In this document: positions 56,202 to 64,000 of the stretch, one piece after another
Layout of the letters: each line of letters opens with the position of its first letter
Numbering within the stretch: position 1 is the stretch's first letter
From: Nitrososphaerota archaeon
GTDB lineage: Archaea > Thermoproteota > EX4484-205 > JAAOZP01
NCBI GenBank assembly: GCA_011605725.1
Contig: JAAOZP010000012.1
Span: 160,001 to 224,000, forward strand
Length of the DNA: 64,000 nt
Direction: 5' to 3'
Program-made: the position numbers and the translations under genes
The notes under the pieces: generated by a model
Databases searched by the model: none
What the model was told of the DNA's origin: nothing
Seen by the model: the letters and a program-made list of their open reading frames with translations, nothing else

Positions 56202-56354
56202 CTTCCGAAGGAAGCGAGAGTAGTCTCCATGATAGCTGTAGGCTATTCTGGTGAGAAAAAGGAGCCCGTGTCAAACTGGAAATCCCTACAGGAGATCGTT
56301 GGATACAACCACTGGCAGCACAGGCTTTTTAAAATCTTAAGGAACCAGGCTTAA
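56202..56354 (+). pseudogene. C-terminal remnant of a nitroreductase gene
   Basis: LPKEARVVSMIAVGYSGEK..KSLQEIVGYNHW aligns by eye with IPEGLRVLCTVSVGYPDEK..RPLEEVTHWEKY of the intact gene at 63190-63708; starts directly after CGCGCGCGC. Confidence 0.7.
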
Positions 56355-57347
56355 TACTTCTGTGGATCTTAAAACCTCTTCTCCATGAAGATTAATGATT
56401 GAGTCAAAGTTCTCCCGGGTAACGTTCGTAGTTGTCCCGACTCCGGTTACGCACGCTGCGCCAGCAGCCTGCCCCGCCATTAAGATCCTCTTTAAATCCT
56501 CAAGAGGGATTTCCGACAGGCCTCCAAACATCCTATTCTTAAGCAGTGTGAATATTATTCCTGCGCTGAACGCGTCCCCGGCGCCAGTCGGGTCAACCAC
56601 TTCAACTTTAAAACCTTTCTGCCTTACGTATTTCCCATTCTTCAAAACAGCCAGCGCACCCTTTTCGCCGAGGGTTATGAAAGTAATGCCGTTAACCCTT
56701 TTACTCGCCTCCCTCATCCCATAGGCCAAACTATCTGTCTTGAATATGTTTTTCAGCTCTATGTCGTTACAGTGGAAAAAATCTGCGTAATCCAAATGCT
56801 CAACAATATAATCCCATTGCCTCCCATATGGCTCCACCATGTCGACGAACGTTAAGCTACCGGTCTTCTTCGCGGTTTTAAGAACCTCTCCAAGCCTTTC
56901 GTCGAATTCACCGCATAATCCGGACGCGGCGTAGAAAATCCGTGGTTTAACCTCAAGCACCTTCTTGGAGACGAAATCCGGGTCGAGATGCAGGCTTGCA
57001 CCCAGGTCCAGGTGGAACCTCCTGTCCTCACCTTTAACCACAAGCGCAATGTTTTTAGTCGTCCCCGTTTCAGCCAGCTCCATCAAGTGTGTGATAACCC
57101 CCTTCTCCTCTAAAACGCTTTTTATGAACCATCCGAAAACATCCCTGCCGATTGCCCCCACTATGCCGACAGAACCCTTTTCAAGGCCCAGCTGGATCAA
57201 ATCTATGGAAACGTTGCAGGGGTGGCCTCCAACAGTCAGCTTAACGCTTTTCTTAGCAAAAACTATGTGACCAGGATCCGCGATTTTAGGCAGTTCAGCC
57301 AGAATCATGTCGGCAACGATGAACCCTGAGGCGAGGACTTTCATCAA
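56337..57347 (-). CDS. PfkB-family carbohydrate kinase
   Basis: GGHPCNVS, GAIGRDVFG, ITLGEKG, VDPTGAGDAFSAG. Confidence 0.9.
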   Translation of the reverse strand: MMKVLASGFIVADMILAELPKIADPGHIVFAKKSVKLTVGGHPCNVSIDLIQLGLEKGSVGIVGAIGRDVFGWFIKSVLEEKGVITHLMELAETGTTKNIALVVKGEDRRFHLDLGASLHLDPDFVSKKVLEVKPRIFYAASGLCGEFDERLGEVLKTAKKTGSLTFVDMVEPYGRQWDYIVEHLDYADFFHCNDIELKNIFKTDSLAYGMREASKRVNGITFITLGEKGALAVLKNGKYVRQKGFKVEVVDPTGAGDAFSAGIIFTLLKNRMFGGLSEIPLEDLKRILMAGQAAGAACVTGVGTTTNVTRENFDSIINLHGEEVLRSTEVLSLVP

Positions 57348-57388
57348 GACAGATCATGGTTAAGAGTTTTTAATCTTTTCTAAACTTC

Positions 57389-58417
57389 CTAAACCCATTT
57401 CCTGAGGGTAGTATCCTCTGCAACAGACCTGTAGAAGCGCCTCATCCTTTCAATCAGCCTAGTAACCCTATCCCTGGAAAAACCTTTCTCAGAGTGAAGG
57501 AACTCCATCAACCATGCTTCGTCAAGCCCCGAGTACTTGACGGAATACTCTTTTTTAACATCAGGCTGCATGAATACTTTTCTGACCTCAGCGTAATTCT
57601 CCGGAGCCTTTGGAAGAATGCTTCTAGGGATTTCATCTATCCGCCCATACTTCTTAATAAGCTGCAGAGCCTTTTTAGGACCAATCCCCTTAACACCCTC
57701 GTTGAAATCAGTACCCACGAGAATAGCCACATCCACCAGCTGCTCCCTAGTGATGCCCAGCCTACCTAAGGCCTCTCCAGCCTCTATAAGCTCAGGCTTC
57801 AAGACTTTTAAATAGCCCTTGCTCGGGTAGAACTCGGTGCTACGTATAGCCAGGTTTCTAACAAGCCTGGGAGAACCGTAGAGCAAGGTATCATAGTCCC
57901 TACCTGCCACAGCATACGCCTCCCCCCTTTGAACGATAAAGGCCGCCTGAGCCTCAGCATCAGAAGGAGCCTCGACAAACGGAAGGCCCATTGCAGAAAG
58001 CAGGATCTTAGCGTCCTCGACCATCGCCGTCGTCAGCCTAGTGGAAGAAACAGCCTTGGAAAAGGCTTCTGCAAGCCTACCTTCTTTCAACGCTAGCCTC
58101 CACTCCGCCAAAGCCTTCTCCCTCCTGAGCTTCCTCTCCTCCAGCTCCCTCAGCTTAAGCTGAGCAGGCCTTCCGTCGAAGACGAATATGAACCTCATGC
58201 TGTAGTCACACAGTAGCCTTGTAACCCTGAAGGCGAAGCCTATCAGGTGAGAAGTAACGTTGCCCTCAGCATCCGTGAAGAACGTTCCGTCAGGCTTACG
58301 TATCAAAGCGAGAAACTGGTAGAGCATCTGGCTAGCGTCAACAGCGAAGCTTTTCCCTCTAAGGCTTTCAAGACTCGTCGGTTTCCTGCTGATTATGGGT
58401 GTTAAATTAACCCCCAT
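57389..58417 (-). CDS. fen: Flap endonuclease 1
   Basis: MGV start, LYQFL..IR..DG, TSHL, VFDG, APSDAEAQAA, DYD, GTDFN.GVKGIGPKKA. Confidence 0.93.
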   Translation of the reverse strand: MGVNLTPIISRKPTSLESLRGKSFAVDASQMLYQFLALIRKPDGTFFTDAEGNVTSHLIGFAFRVTRLLCDYSMRFIFVFDGRPAQLKLRELEERKLRREKALAEWRLALKEGRLAEAFSKAVSSTRLTTAMVEDAKILLSAMGLPFVEAPSDAEAQAAFIVQRGEAYAVAGRDYDTLLYGSPRLVRNLAIRSTEFYPSKGYLKVLKPELIEAGEALGRLGITREQLVDVAILVGTDFNEGVKGIGPKKALQLIKKYGRIDEIPRSILPKAPENYAEVRKVFMQPDVKKEYSVKYSGLDEAWLMEFLHSEKGFSRDRVTRLIERMRRFYRSVAEDTTLRKWV

Positions 58418-58509
58418 CCGAACCTACACCAAGTATTGCTAAAGTCCGAGTAACGTTTATGGTTTTCTGAACATATTCCTAATCTGAATAAAGGCTGTTC
58501 CGCGCGCGC

Positions 58510-58797
58510 TCGGTGAACGTGTCTGGGTTGCTCAGCTTACTGGATGCGAAGTACGTGTTTAAACAGTGGGTCGGTTTCTTCAATTCTACGGAAAGCTCGG
58601 CGCGCGCGAGCCGAGGCTGGAGACGAGCCATGTACTCTGAGGACTACATGAGCATGATGATCACGGTGGCTGTTATGTCCCTAGTGATAATCGCAGCCAT
58701 CGTCGTATTCTTATGTAGAAGAAGGAAAAAGATTCCTTCCCTGCCACCTTCGCCGCCTCCGCCAACTCCTCCGTCGCATTCCACATCTTTTACATAA
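58510..58797 (+). pseudogene. Probable C-terminal remnant of an archaeal cell-surface protein (TM anchor, basic stretch, Pro-rich tail)
   Basis: GLLSLLDAKYVFKQWVG..EDY-TM-RRRKK-PPSPPPP; no plausible N-terminus; (CG)n tracts at its start and internally. Confidence 0.5.
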
Positions 58798-58839
58798 ATA
58801 TGTATTCCCCTCTTTTTCCCATGTTTTAAGAACATAAGA

Positions 58840-58875
58840 TTTATTAATTCGAAGAATGGTATTTATCCGGTAAAT
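58840..58875 (+). promoter_or_regulatory. vapBC promoter: TATA box plus near-palindromic putative operator
   Basis: TTTATTAA at 58840-58847; ATTTA(T)CCGGTAAAT at 58861-58875, a perfect palindrome apart from one extra T. Confidence 0.5.
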
Positions 58876-58882
58876 CTGAAAG

Positions 58883-59116
58883 ATGGCAGAAAGTCGAGTA
58901 GGTTCGAAAGGAGAGCTATTTCTACCTAAGAAGATTAGGGAAGAGCTAGGCCTTCACCCTCATACAAAAGTAATCTATAGGGTTGAGGGAAACAGGCTTG
59001 TGGTTGAACCAATTCCAAGCCTTGAGGAAGTGCTGAAGAAACAGCCATCTGTTGAGATCACCCTTGAAGAATTCCATGAATTCAGAAGGGAGCTGTCTAG
59101 GAGGGCAGAGTCTTGA
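58883..59116 (+). CDS. vapB: AbrB/MazE-type antitoxin (VapB)
   Basis: RVGSKGELFLPKKIREELGL..LVVEP. Confidence 0.9.
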   Translation: MAESRVGSKGELFLPKKIREELGLHPHTKVIYRVEGNRLVVEPIPSLEEVLKKQPSVEITLEEFHEFRRELSRRAES

Positions 59117-59574
59117 AGATACTGTTAGATACGACGTATCTTCTACCAGCGATAGGCATCTCTCTTAAGGATTTTCCAAGAGACGTTTTAATTATGTTAA
59201 GGCGTAAAGGAAATCAGGTCTTTATAAGTGACATAAGTATCTTTGAGCTTTCAGCCAAAGGTGCTAAATACGTTAGTGCAAAGAAACTCTCTGCTGAAAG
59301 GGTGATTGAGGGCATAAGAGCCATAGTCTTCGATGAAAACATAGTTAAGATACCCATTCATGAAAGCAGGATTCTGCTCACGGCCTTAAGGATTAGGGAT
59401 TGGCTCAGTGACTTTATAGACTGTCTTATAATCTCATCAGCCCTAAATCAATGCGATGCCTTGATAAGTGAGGATACCGATATTCAAAGCCTAGAAGGAA
59501 ACAGAGCGTTTCACGAATTGTTAGAAATGATAAATCCTAAATTTGAGATCCGTACACTAGCTGAAATCACTTAA
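59113..59574 (+). CDS. vapC: PIN-domain toxin (VapC)
   Basis: LLDTTYL, SIFEL, DFIDCLI, LISED acidic tetrad; TTGA overlap with the antitoxin. Confidence 0.9.
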   Translation: MKILLDTTYLLPAIGISLKDFPRDVLIMLRRKGNQVFISDISIFELSAKGAKYVSAKKLSAERVIEGIRAIVFDENIVKIPIHESRILLTALRIRDWLSDFIDCLIISSALNQCDALISEDTDIQSLEGNRAFHELLEMINPKFEIRTLAEIT

Positions 59575-59799
59575 ATCATGTTGAAGCTCTTTTATTGTTA
59601 TTGTATTTAGTGCACCGAGCGATCCTGCAACCTTCGTCTCTCTCCAGCTTCTAAATTCCACCAGCTCTCTCACGAAAAAGCCCTAGTATAAGTCAGCTCG
59701 GCCGATATTTGCCGCGCCCCTGGAAGCTGGACTTCGTTGTGCAGAAGAAGAAAATAACCTAATTTTCCATATTTTTCTCAGCTACCGGTAGGTTTCGCC

Positions 59800-60330
59800 T
59801 TATCCAGTGTATAAATCCGGGTGGAGCTTTCTTGCCATAGCGTATAGAAGAGTGTGTTCCCATGATTCTTGCCTATTTGTAAGCTCATTCGTCAATACTC
59901 CTACGGCCCCCATCTTTCTTTTGGTTCCACTTATGCCAGTAATTTCATCAATCACATCCCCCAGCTCCTTTCCACTCAGAACCTTTTTCACGACGACGTC
60001 TGGCAGCTCAATACCACCGCCACACCCAAGTGCCACTTCGCCTTCCACACCGGCAACAGCACACCAGCCGGTTAGAAAATATCTGCCAGCCCTTCTGGCA
60101 ACTCCGCCCTCGAGACCAACGCCAAGATCGGCTTCAGCTTTTACGATGGCCTCCTTGGCTCGGTATATCGCTCCCTCGGCACACTCCTCGTCCGTTAAAG
60201 GCGTGTGCGAAACCTTTGACGCGACATCCACTGGAATGATCTCGACGTCGCCGTATATTCTTCTCATAATGTTTTCTGTTGCTTTTATTTTAACAGGATT
60301 TGTTGAGCCTACTGCAACTTTTATTACCAT
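59800..60330 (-). CDS. yjjX: Inosine/xanthosine triphosphatase (YjjX family)
   Basis: VGSTNPVKIKA, GVGLEGGV, GKELGDVID, GAVGVLT..NR. Confidence 0.9.
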   Translation of the reverse strand: MVIKVAVGSTNPVKIKATENIMRRIYGDVEIIPVDVASKVSHTPLTDEECAEGAIYRAKEAIVKAEADLGVGLEGGVARRAGRYFLTGWCAVAGVEGEVALGCGGGIELPDVVVKKVLSGKELGDVIDEITGISGTKRKMGAVGVLTNELTNRQESWEHTLLYAMARKLHPDLYTG

Positions 60331-60510
60331 CGGGCATGATTCCTGAAACAGTTTTAAAAGGCTTACGATTTAAGGAAAACTACATCGCATCATTAGTTAT
60401 TTCTAAGTTTCTCCGCCATCTCTTTCTCTTTTGACTTGAAAACTGCCTTGGCTCTGGAAGGCTTTACGGAAGCGCGCTATGGATGGAACCAGATAGGTTA
60501 ATGTATCACG

Positions 60511-60670
60511 CTAGCCTTCAGGAAAAACATCCTTTGGAGGATTTACAACCGGTTGTATGACCATCTTCTTACCTTTTAACATCTCAATCTTTATCACCCG
60601 GCTTAAGACCATTCTTCTATATGCCTTTAGGGAAAACCATCTGTCCTTTCGTAGATACTTTTACTTCAGC
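60511..60670 (-). pseudogene. Decayed AbrB/MazE antitoxin gene
   Basis: My translation: AEVKVSTKGQMVFPKGI*KNGLKPGDK/frameshift/IEMLKGKKMVIQPVVNPPKDVF; in-frame TAG at 60617-60619; absent from the ORF track. Confidence 0.7.
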
Positions 60671-60713
60671 AGTGCACTAAAGGTTAAATTTTAGGGTAGT
60701 TTACATACTACCG

Positions 60714-61310
60714 TTGGCTAGAGGACAAAGGCTCAGGACTCCTCTCGAAAAAGAGGAGGTTGCTCGGCTTAAGGCTGGGGACATCATATACGTAAGCGGA
60801 GAAGTGTTTACTAGCAGGGATAGGACTCAGAAGTTGATACTGGAGAACCGGGATAAGTTGCCTTTTTCCCCTAAAGGCCTGTTAGAGTTCCACGCTGGCC
60901 CGATAGTTAGGAGAGAAGGTTCAGAATGGAAGGTTGTTTCAATCGGTCCCACTACAAGCTTCAGGATGGAGAACAGTGAATATGGTTTCATTAAAGAGAC
61001 GGGGATTGCAGGCGTCATTGGAAAAGGCGGCATGGGAAGTAAAACCAGAGAAGCATGCAGGGAGTTTAAAGCCTTTTACGGAGTTCTTCCAGGTGGAGCT
61101 GCAGCTCTGATAGCCAAAAGCGTTAAACGCATAATTGGAGTTTACTGGCTTGAAGAGCTTAGTGTTCCCGAGGCCATGTGGCATCTCGAAGTCGAGAACC
61201 TTGGGCCGATAACAGTTGTTATTGATTCTTTCGGAAATGACTTATACGAAGACCTAAGAAAAAGGATTGACGAAAACCTTTCAAGAACTTTGAAAAGCTT
61301 GGGGGAATAG
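60714..61310 (+). CDS. Class I fumarate hydratase / tartrate dehydratase beta subunit
   Basis: LKAGDIIYVSG..TSRD, HAGPIV, GPTTSFRME, IGKGG, IDSFGNDLY. Confidence 0.92.
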   Translation: MARGQRLRTPLEKEEVARLKAGDIIYVSGEVFTSRDRTQKLILENRDKLPFSPKGLLEFHAGPIVRREGSEWKVVSIGPTTSFRMENSEYGFIKETGIAGVIGKGGMGSKTREACREFKAFYGVLPGGAAALIAKSVKRIIGVYWLEELSVPEAMWHLEVENLGPITVVIDSFGNDLYEDLRKRIDENLSRTLKSLGE

Positions 61311-61314
61311 AGCT

Positions 61315-62187
61315 ATGGAAGGCGGAGACCTTAAAGACCATATTGTTGAAGCAATAAGACTCTGCGAAACATCTCTTCCAATCGACGTGAAGAACCGTTT
61401 GAAAAAAACATACGAGAATGAGGATAGAGAGGTTCCGAAGAAAATACTGGGTGCTCTGTTGAAAAATGTTGAAATTGCTGAAAAGGAGGGTAGACCGATA
61501 TGTCAAGATACGGGCATATTAACCTTCTACGTTAAGAGAGGCGAATGGAAGGAGAATGAGCTACATAGAATCATCGTTGAAGCAGTTAAAGAAGCCAGTA
61601 GTAAAATACCGTTAAGGCCGAACGCCATAGACTTCCCGTCTAAGAAGAACTCTGGAAACAATACCGGAAGATTCATTCCATGGATTGTCTGGGAGCCAGG
61701 TGGAGAACATTTGGAAATAACCATAATAGCTAAGGGCGGTGGCTCTGAGGCTGTTTCAAGCCTAAGAGTTTTACCGGCTACTGTTGAGGAAAAAGAGATT
61801 TTCCGAGCGGTGCTTGAAAGCGTTGCTCAAGCCGGGGCAAGACCATGTCCTCCGATTATTCTCGGAGTCGGAATCGGGCCTTCTTCGGAAATAGCTCTTG
61901 AACTGGCTAAGAAAGCTGTTTATCTGCGGCCTCTGGGAGAAAGGCATGAGGACAGTGTTATCGCAAGAATAGAGGAAGAACTCTTAAGAATGGTTAACCG
62001 TCTTGATATAGGTGTCCACGGCTTCGGAGGCTTAACGGCGATGGATGTTCATTTGGAGTATGCGTCCATTCATCCTTCATCCATGGTTGTTGGAGTCGTT
62101 GCAAGCTGCTGGGCATTGAGGAAAGCCACGCTGAAGGAATGCGGCGGTATTGTGAAGATTACAAGCCACAAGATGTATCTAACATGA
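61315..62187 (+). CDS. Class I fumarate hydratase / tartrate dehydratase alpha subunit
   Basis: [29 protein letters not shown]. Confidence 0.92.
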   Translation: MEGGDLKDHIVEAIRLCETSLPIDVKNRLKKTYENEDREVPKKILGALLKNVEIAEKEGRPICQDTGILTFYVKRGEWKENELHRIIVEAVKEASSKIPLRPNAIDFPSKKNSGNNTGRFIPWIVWEPGGEHLEITIIAKGGGSEAVSSLRVLPATVEEKEIFRAVLESVAQAGARPCPPIILGVGIGPSSEIALELAKKAVYLRPLGERHEDSVIARIEEELLRMVNRLDIGVHGFGGLTAMDVHLEYASIHPSSMVVGVVASCWALRKATLKECGGIVKITSHKMYLT

Positions 62188-62253
62188 TTATTATCTGAAG
62201 CGAACATTACTAGCGAAACGCTTTTATGCAAGATGTGGAAATCAGTTTGGAAT

Positions 62254-63156
62254 TCAGGTTTCAGATATTATCTTCCTGACGAATTCCACGTCTTTTTTCA
62301 AAACCGCTTTTCTTTCTTCCCCAACATATTTCCCCAGAGACTCGTCTTCAATCGTTAAATCACCAGCATACCCTGCTTTTCTTAAAACCTGAACTACTCT
62401 TTTCAAGTCGACATCTCCCTCGTAAAGAGGTACTCCGACCTGAGGATAATCTTCCCCGGGACGCCTCTGCTTCTCCCTTTTAGCTTCAGGATACTTCAGA
62501 TTTTTAAGGTGAGTATGTTTAACTAGCTTCGCATATTTTTCTATGAGCTCATGAACCTTGCTCAACGGATAACCATACCAATAGAAGTTTCCAGTATCCA
62601 GCGTTATGCCTACTCTTTCATCATCTATCTCTTTAAACGCGTAGTCTAAAAACCGCTCATCGTTGCTAACATAGCCATGGTTTTCAACAGCATAAGCTAC
62701 CCTACTACCCTCTGTTTCCTTTAAGAGGCGTTTCATTATTTCAACAAAATGCTTAGCATACTCTTCAACAGGTTTCTCTTCTCTTATTTGCATATGCGAG
62801 TTTATTCTTATGATTTCAACCCCGATTTCATCCGCAAGCTGCGTCGCCTTTCTAATGTAATCCAACTCCTCTTCAAGATTTTCGTTTGAAAAATCGTTCT
62901 CCAGCAATATTGTGCATGGTTTTAAACCTGTTTTTTTAGAAAAATCTAGAAATTGTCTTCTCTCATCAGCGTCTCTCAGGTTAAAACCTAGCTTAATTAC
63001 ATGATCCATATCTTCATACGTATTTTGAGTCAATGTTTTGTTGACATACATTTCATATCTGTCTAAACCTAAATCCTTCAGACCCTTAACCAGATCCTCA
63101 TAACCGACCCATATTACCGTGAAATCCCTAACCGCGACGTACATTTTTGGCTTCAC
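62254..63156 (-). CDS. Sugar phosphate isomerase/epimerase (xylose isomerase-like TIM barrel)
   Basis: VENHG, TLDTGN, HTHLKN, EGDVD, TIEDE. Confidence 0.87.
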   Translation of the reverse strand: MKPKMYVAVRDFTVIWVGYEDLVKGLKDLGLDRYEMYVNKTLTQNTYEDMDHVIKLGFNLRDADERRQFLDFSKKTGLKPCTILLENDFSNENLEEELDYIRKATQLADEIGVEIIRINSHMQIREEKPVEEYAKHFVEIMKRLLKETEGSRVAYAVENHGYVSNDERFLDYAFKEIDDERVGITLDTGNFYWYGYPLSKVHELIEKYAKLVKHTHLKNLKYPEAKREKQRRPGEDYPQVGVPLYEGDVDLKRVVQVLRKAGYAGDLTIEDESLGKYVGEERKAVLKKDVEFVRKIISET

Positions 63157-63189
63157 TGGTAGAAAGCATTTTACAAGGATTATCGCGCA

Positions 63190-63708
63190 CTAGTTTTTTG
63201 ATTTAAACCCATATTTTTCCCAATGCGTCACTTCTTCAAGCGGTCTTCTGTTTCTACTGGGCTTCTCATCAGGATAGCCGACTGAAACAGTGCATAGGAC
63301 TCTAAGCCCCTCAGGTATTCCAAGTAGCTTCTTTATAGGTTCTTCAAAGGGAGTATTCAGCACACCCATCCAGCATGTCCCAAGCCCCATAGAATGGGCT
63401 GCAAGAAGGAAGTTTTGCACGGAAACCGCAACATCCCCATGGTACCAGTTGCTGCTCCTCCCGGGGTCAGCTATGAAAACCACTACGACAGGACTGTCAG
63501 CCATGAATCTCCCGTACCTATGTATTTCTGCAAGCTTCCTCCTGGTTTCTGGATTCTTCACCACTAGGAACTCCCATGGCTGGGAGTTGTTAGCCGATGG
63601 AGCCCATCTGGCTGCTTCAAGACACTCGATTATCTTCTCATCCTCCACCGGCGTCGACTTATACTTTCTAATGCTCCGCCTTGTTTTAATCGCTTCCATC
63701 ACGTCCAT
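63190..63708 (-). CDS. Nitroreductase-family protein
   Basis: RRSIRKY, APSANNSQPW, GLGTCWMG, VGYPDE. Confidence 0.93.
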   Translation of the reverse strand: MDVMEAIKTRRSIRKYKSTPVEDEKIIECLEAARWAPSANNSQPWEFLVVKNPETRRKLAEIHRYGRFMADSPVVVVFIADPGRSSNWYHGDVAVSVQNFLLAAHSMGLGTCWMGVLNTPFEEPIKKLLGIPEGLRVLCTVSVGYPDEKPSRNRRPLEEVTHWEKYGFKSKN

Positions 63709-63838
63709 CTTTAAACACCTAGGAAGATTTCACGAAACATCTTAATATGTTTTACTGTAATCGATAGGAATCATTATAACGTCAGAATCACAGTAATGAG
63801 GGGAAAACAGTAAACTAGATTTGTAAACCAGAAAGTTT

Positions 63839-64000
63839 TTAAGACCCACCCGCTTCGGCCTCGAAGACCCAGCCATCAAGGTTTCTACAAATCAGCGTAA
63901 GTATTCGCATAGACTCCTCCGGTTTCATGGCGAGAAAAAGCGCGGCAACGTGCTTGCAAAACTGTTTTTGACCAATTCTTTTAACCCAGTCCTCACAGTA
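63839..64000 (-). CDS. 3' end of a SWIM-like zinc-finger protein (continues beyond the window)
   Basis: My translation: YCEDWVKRIGQKQFCKHVAALFLAM...WVFEAEAGGS*; C..CKH pattern; absent from the ORF track. Confidence 0.65.
   Translation of the reverse strand, partial: YCEDWVKRIGQKQFCKHVAALFLAMKPEESMRILTLICRNLDGWVFEAEAGGS

Noticed and set aside
59575-59799. Possible further gene remnant between vapC and yjjX
   Set aside because: Short open stretches but no recognisable family similarity
66-63745. Many 60-180 aa ORFs antisense to or nested in the called genes (e.g. 4112-4657, 20131-20574, 40329-40799, 59807-60346, 63290-63745)
   Set aside because: Shadow ORFs fully overlapping well-supported genes, with no family motifs
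1-64000. CRISPR arrays, tRNA/rRNA genes, transposases, integrases
   Set aside because: No regularly spaced repeats, T-loop/cloverleaf signatures or recombinase motifs seen by eye in any spacer or ORF; small ncRNAs cannot be excluded without covariance searches

Overview
Gene-dense archaeal chromosomal segment of about 55 genes. Evidence for archaeal origin: archaeal-type FEN1, TTTAWAWA TATA boxes ~25-35 nt upstream of many starts, a DUF2208-like protein and a VapBC module. The gene content fits an anaerobic sugar-fermenting TACK lineage such as Brockarchaeota or Bathyarchaeia (inference only). Carbohydrate metabolism dominates: GH57, GH31, GH38, GH116, GH35, GH78, a GH42-like and a heparinase II/III-like enzyme, an esterase, sugar isomerases, kinases and oxidoreductases, a glycogen cluster, four UroD/MtaA-like proteins, and a four-gene operon resembling the heptose (GmhA/HldA/GmhB) pathway with an unusual N-terminal fusion on GmhA. 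I saw no rRNA, tRNA, CRISPR array or transposase. The most unusual sequence-level signal is that perfect (CG)4+ tracts sit at the breakpoints of several truncated gene remnants in intergenic DNA. All product calls come from motif recognition by eye, not database searches.
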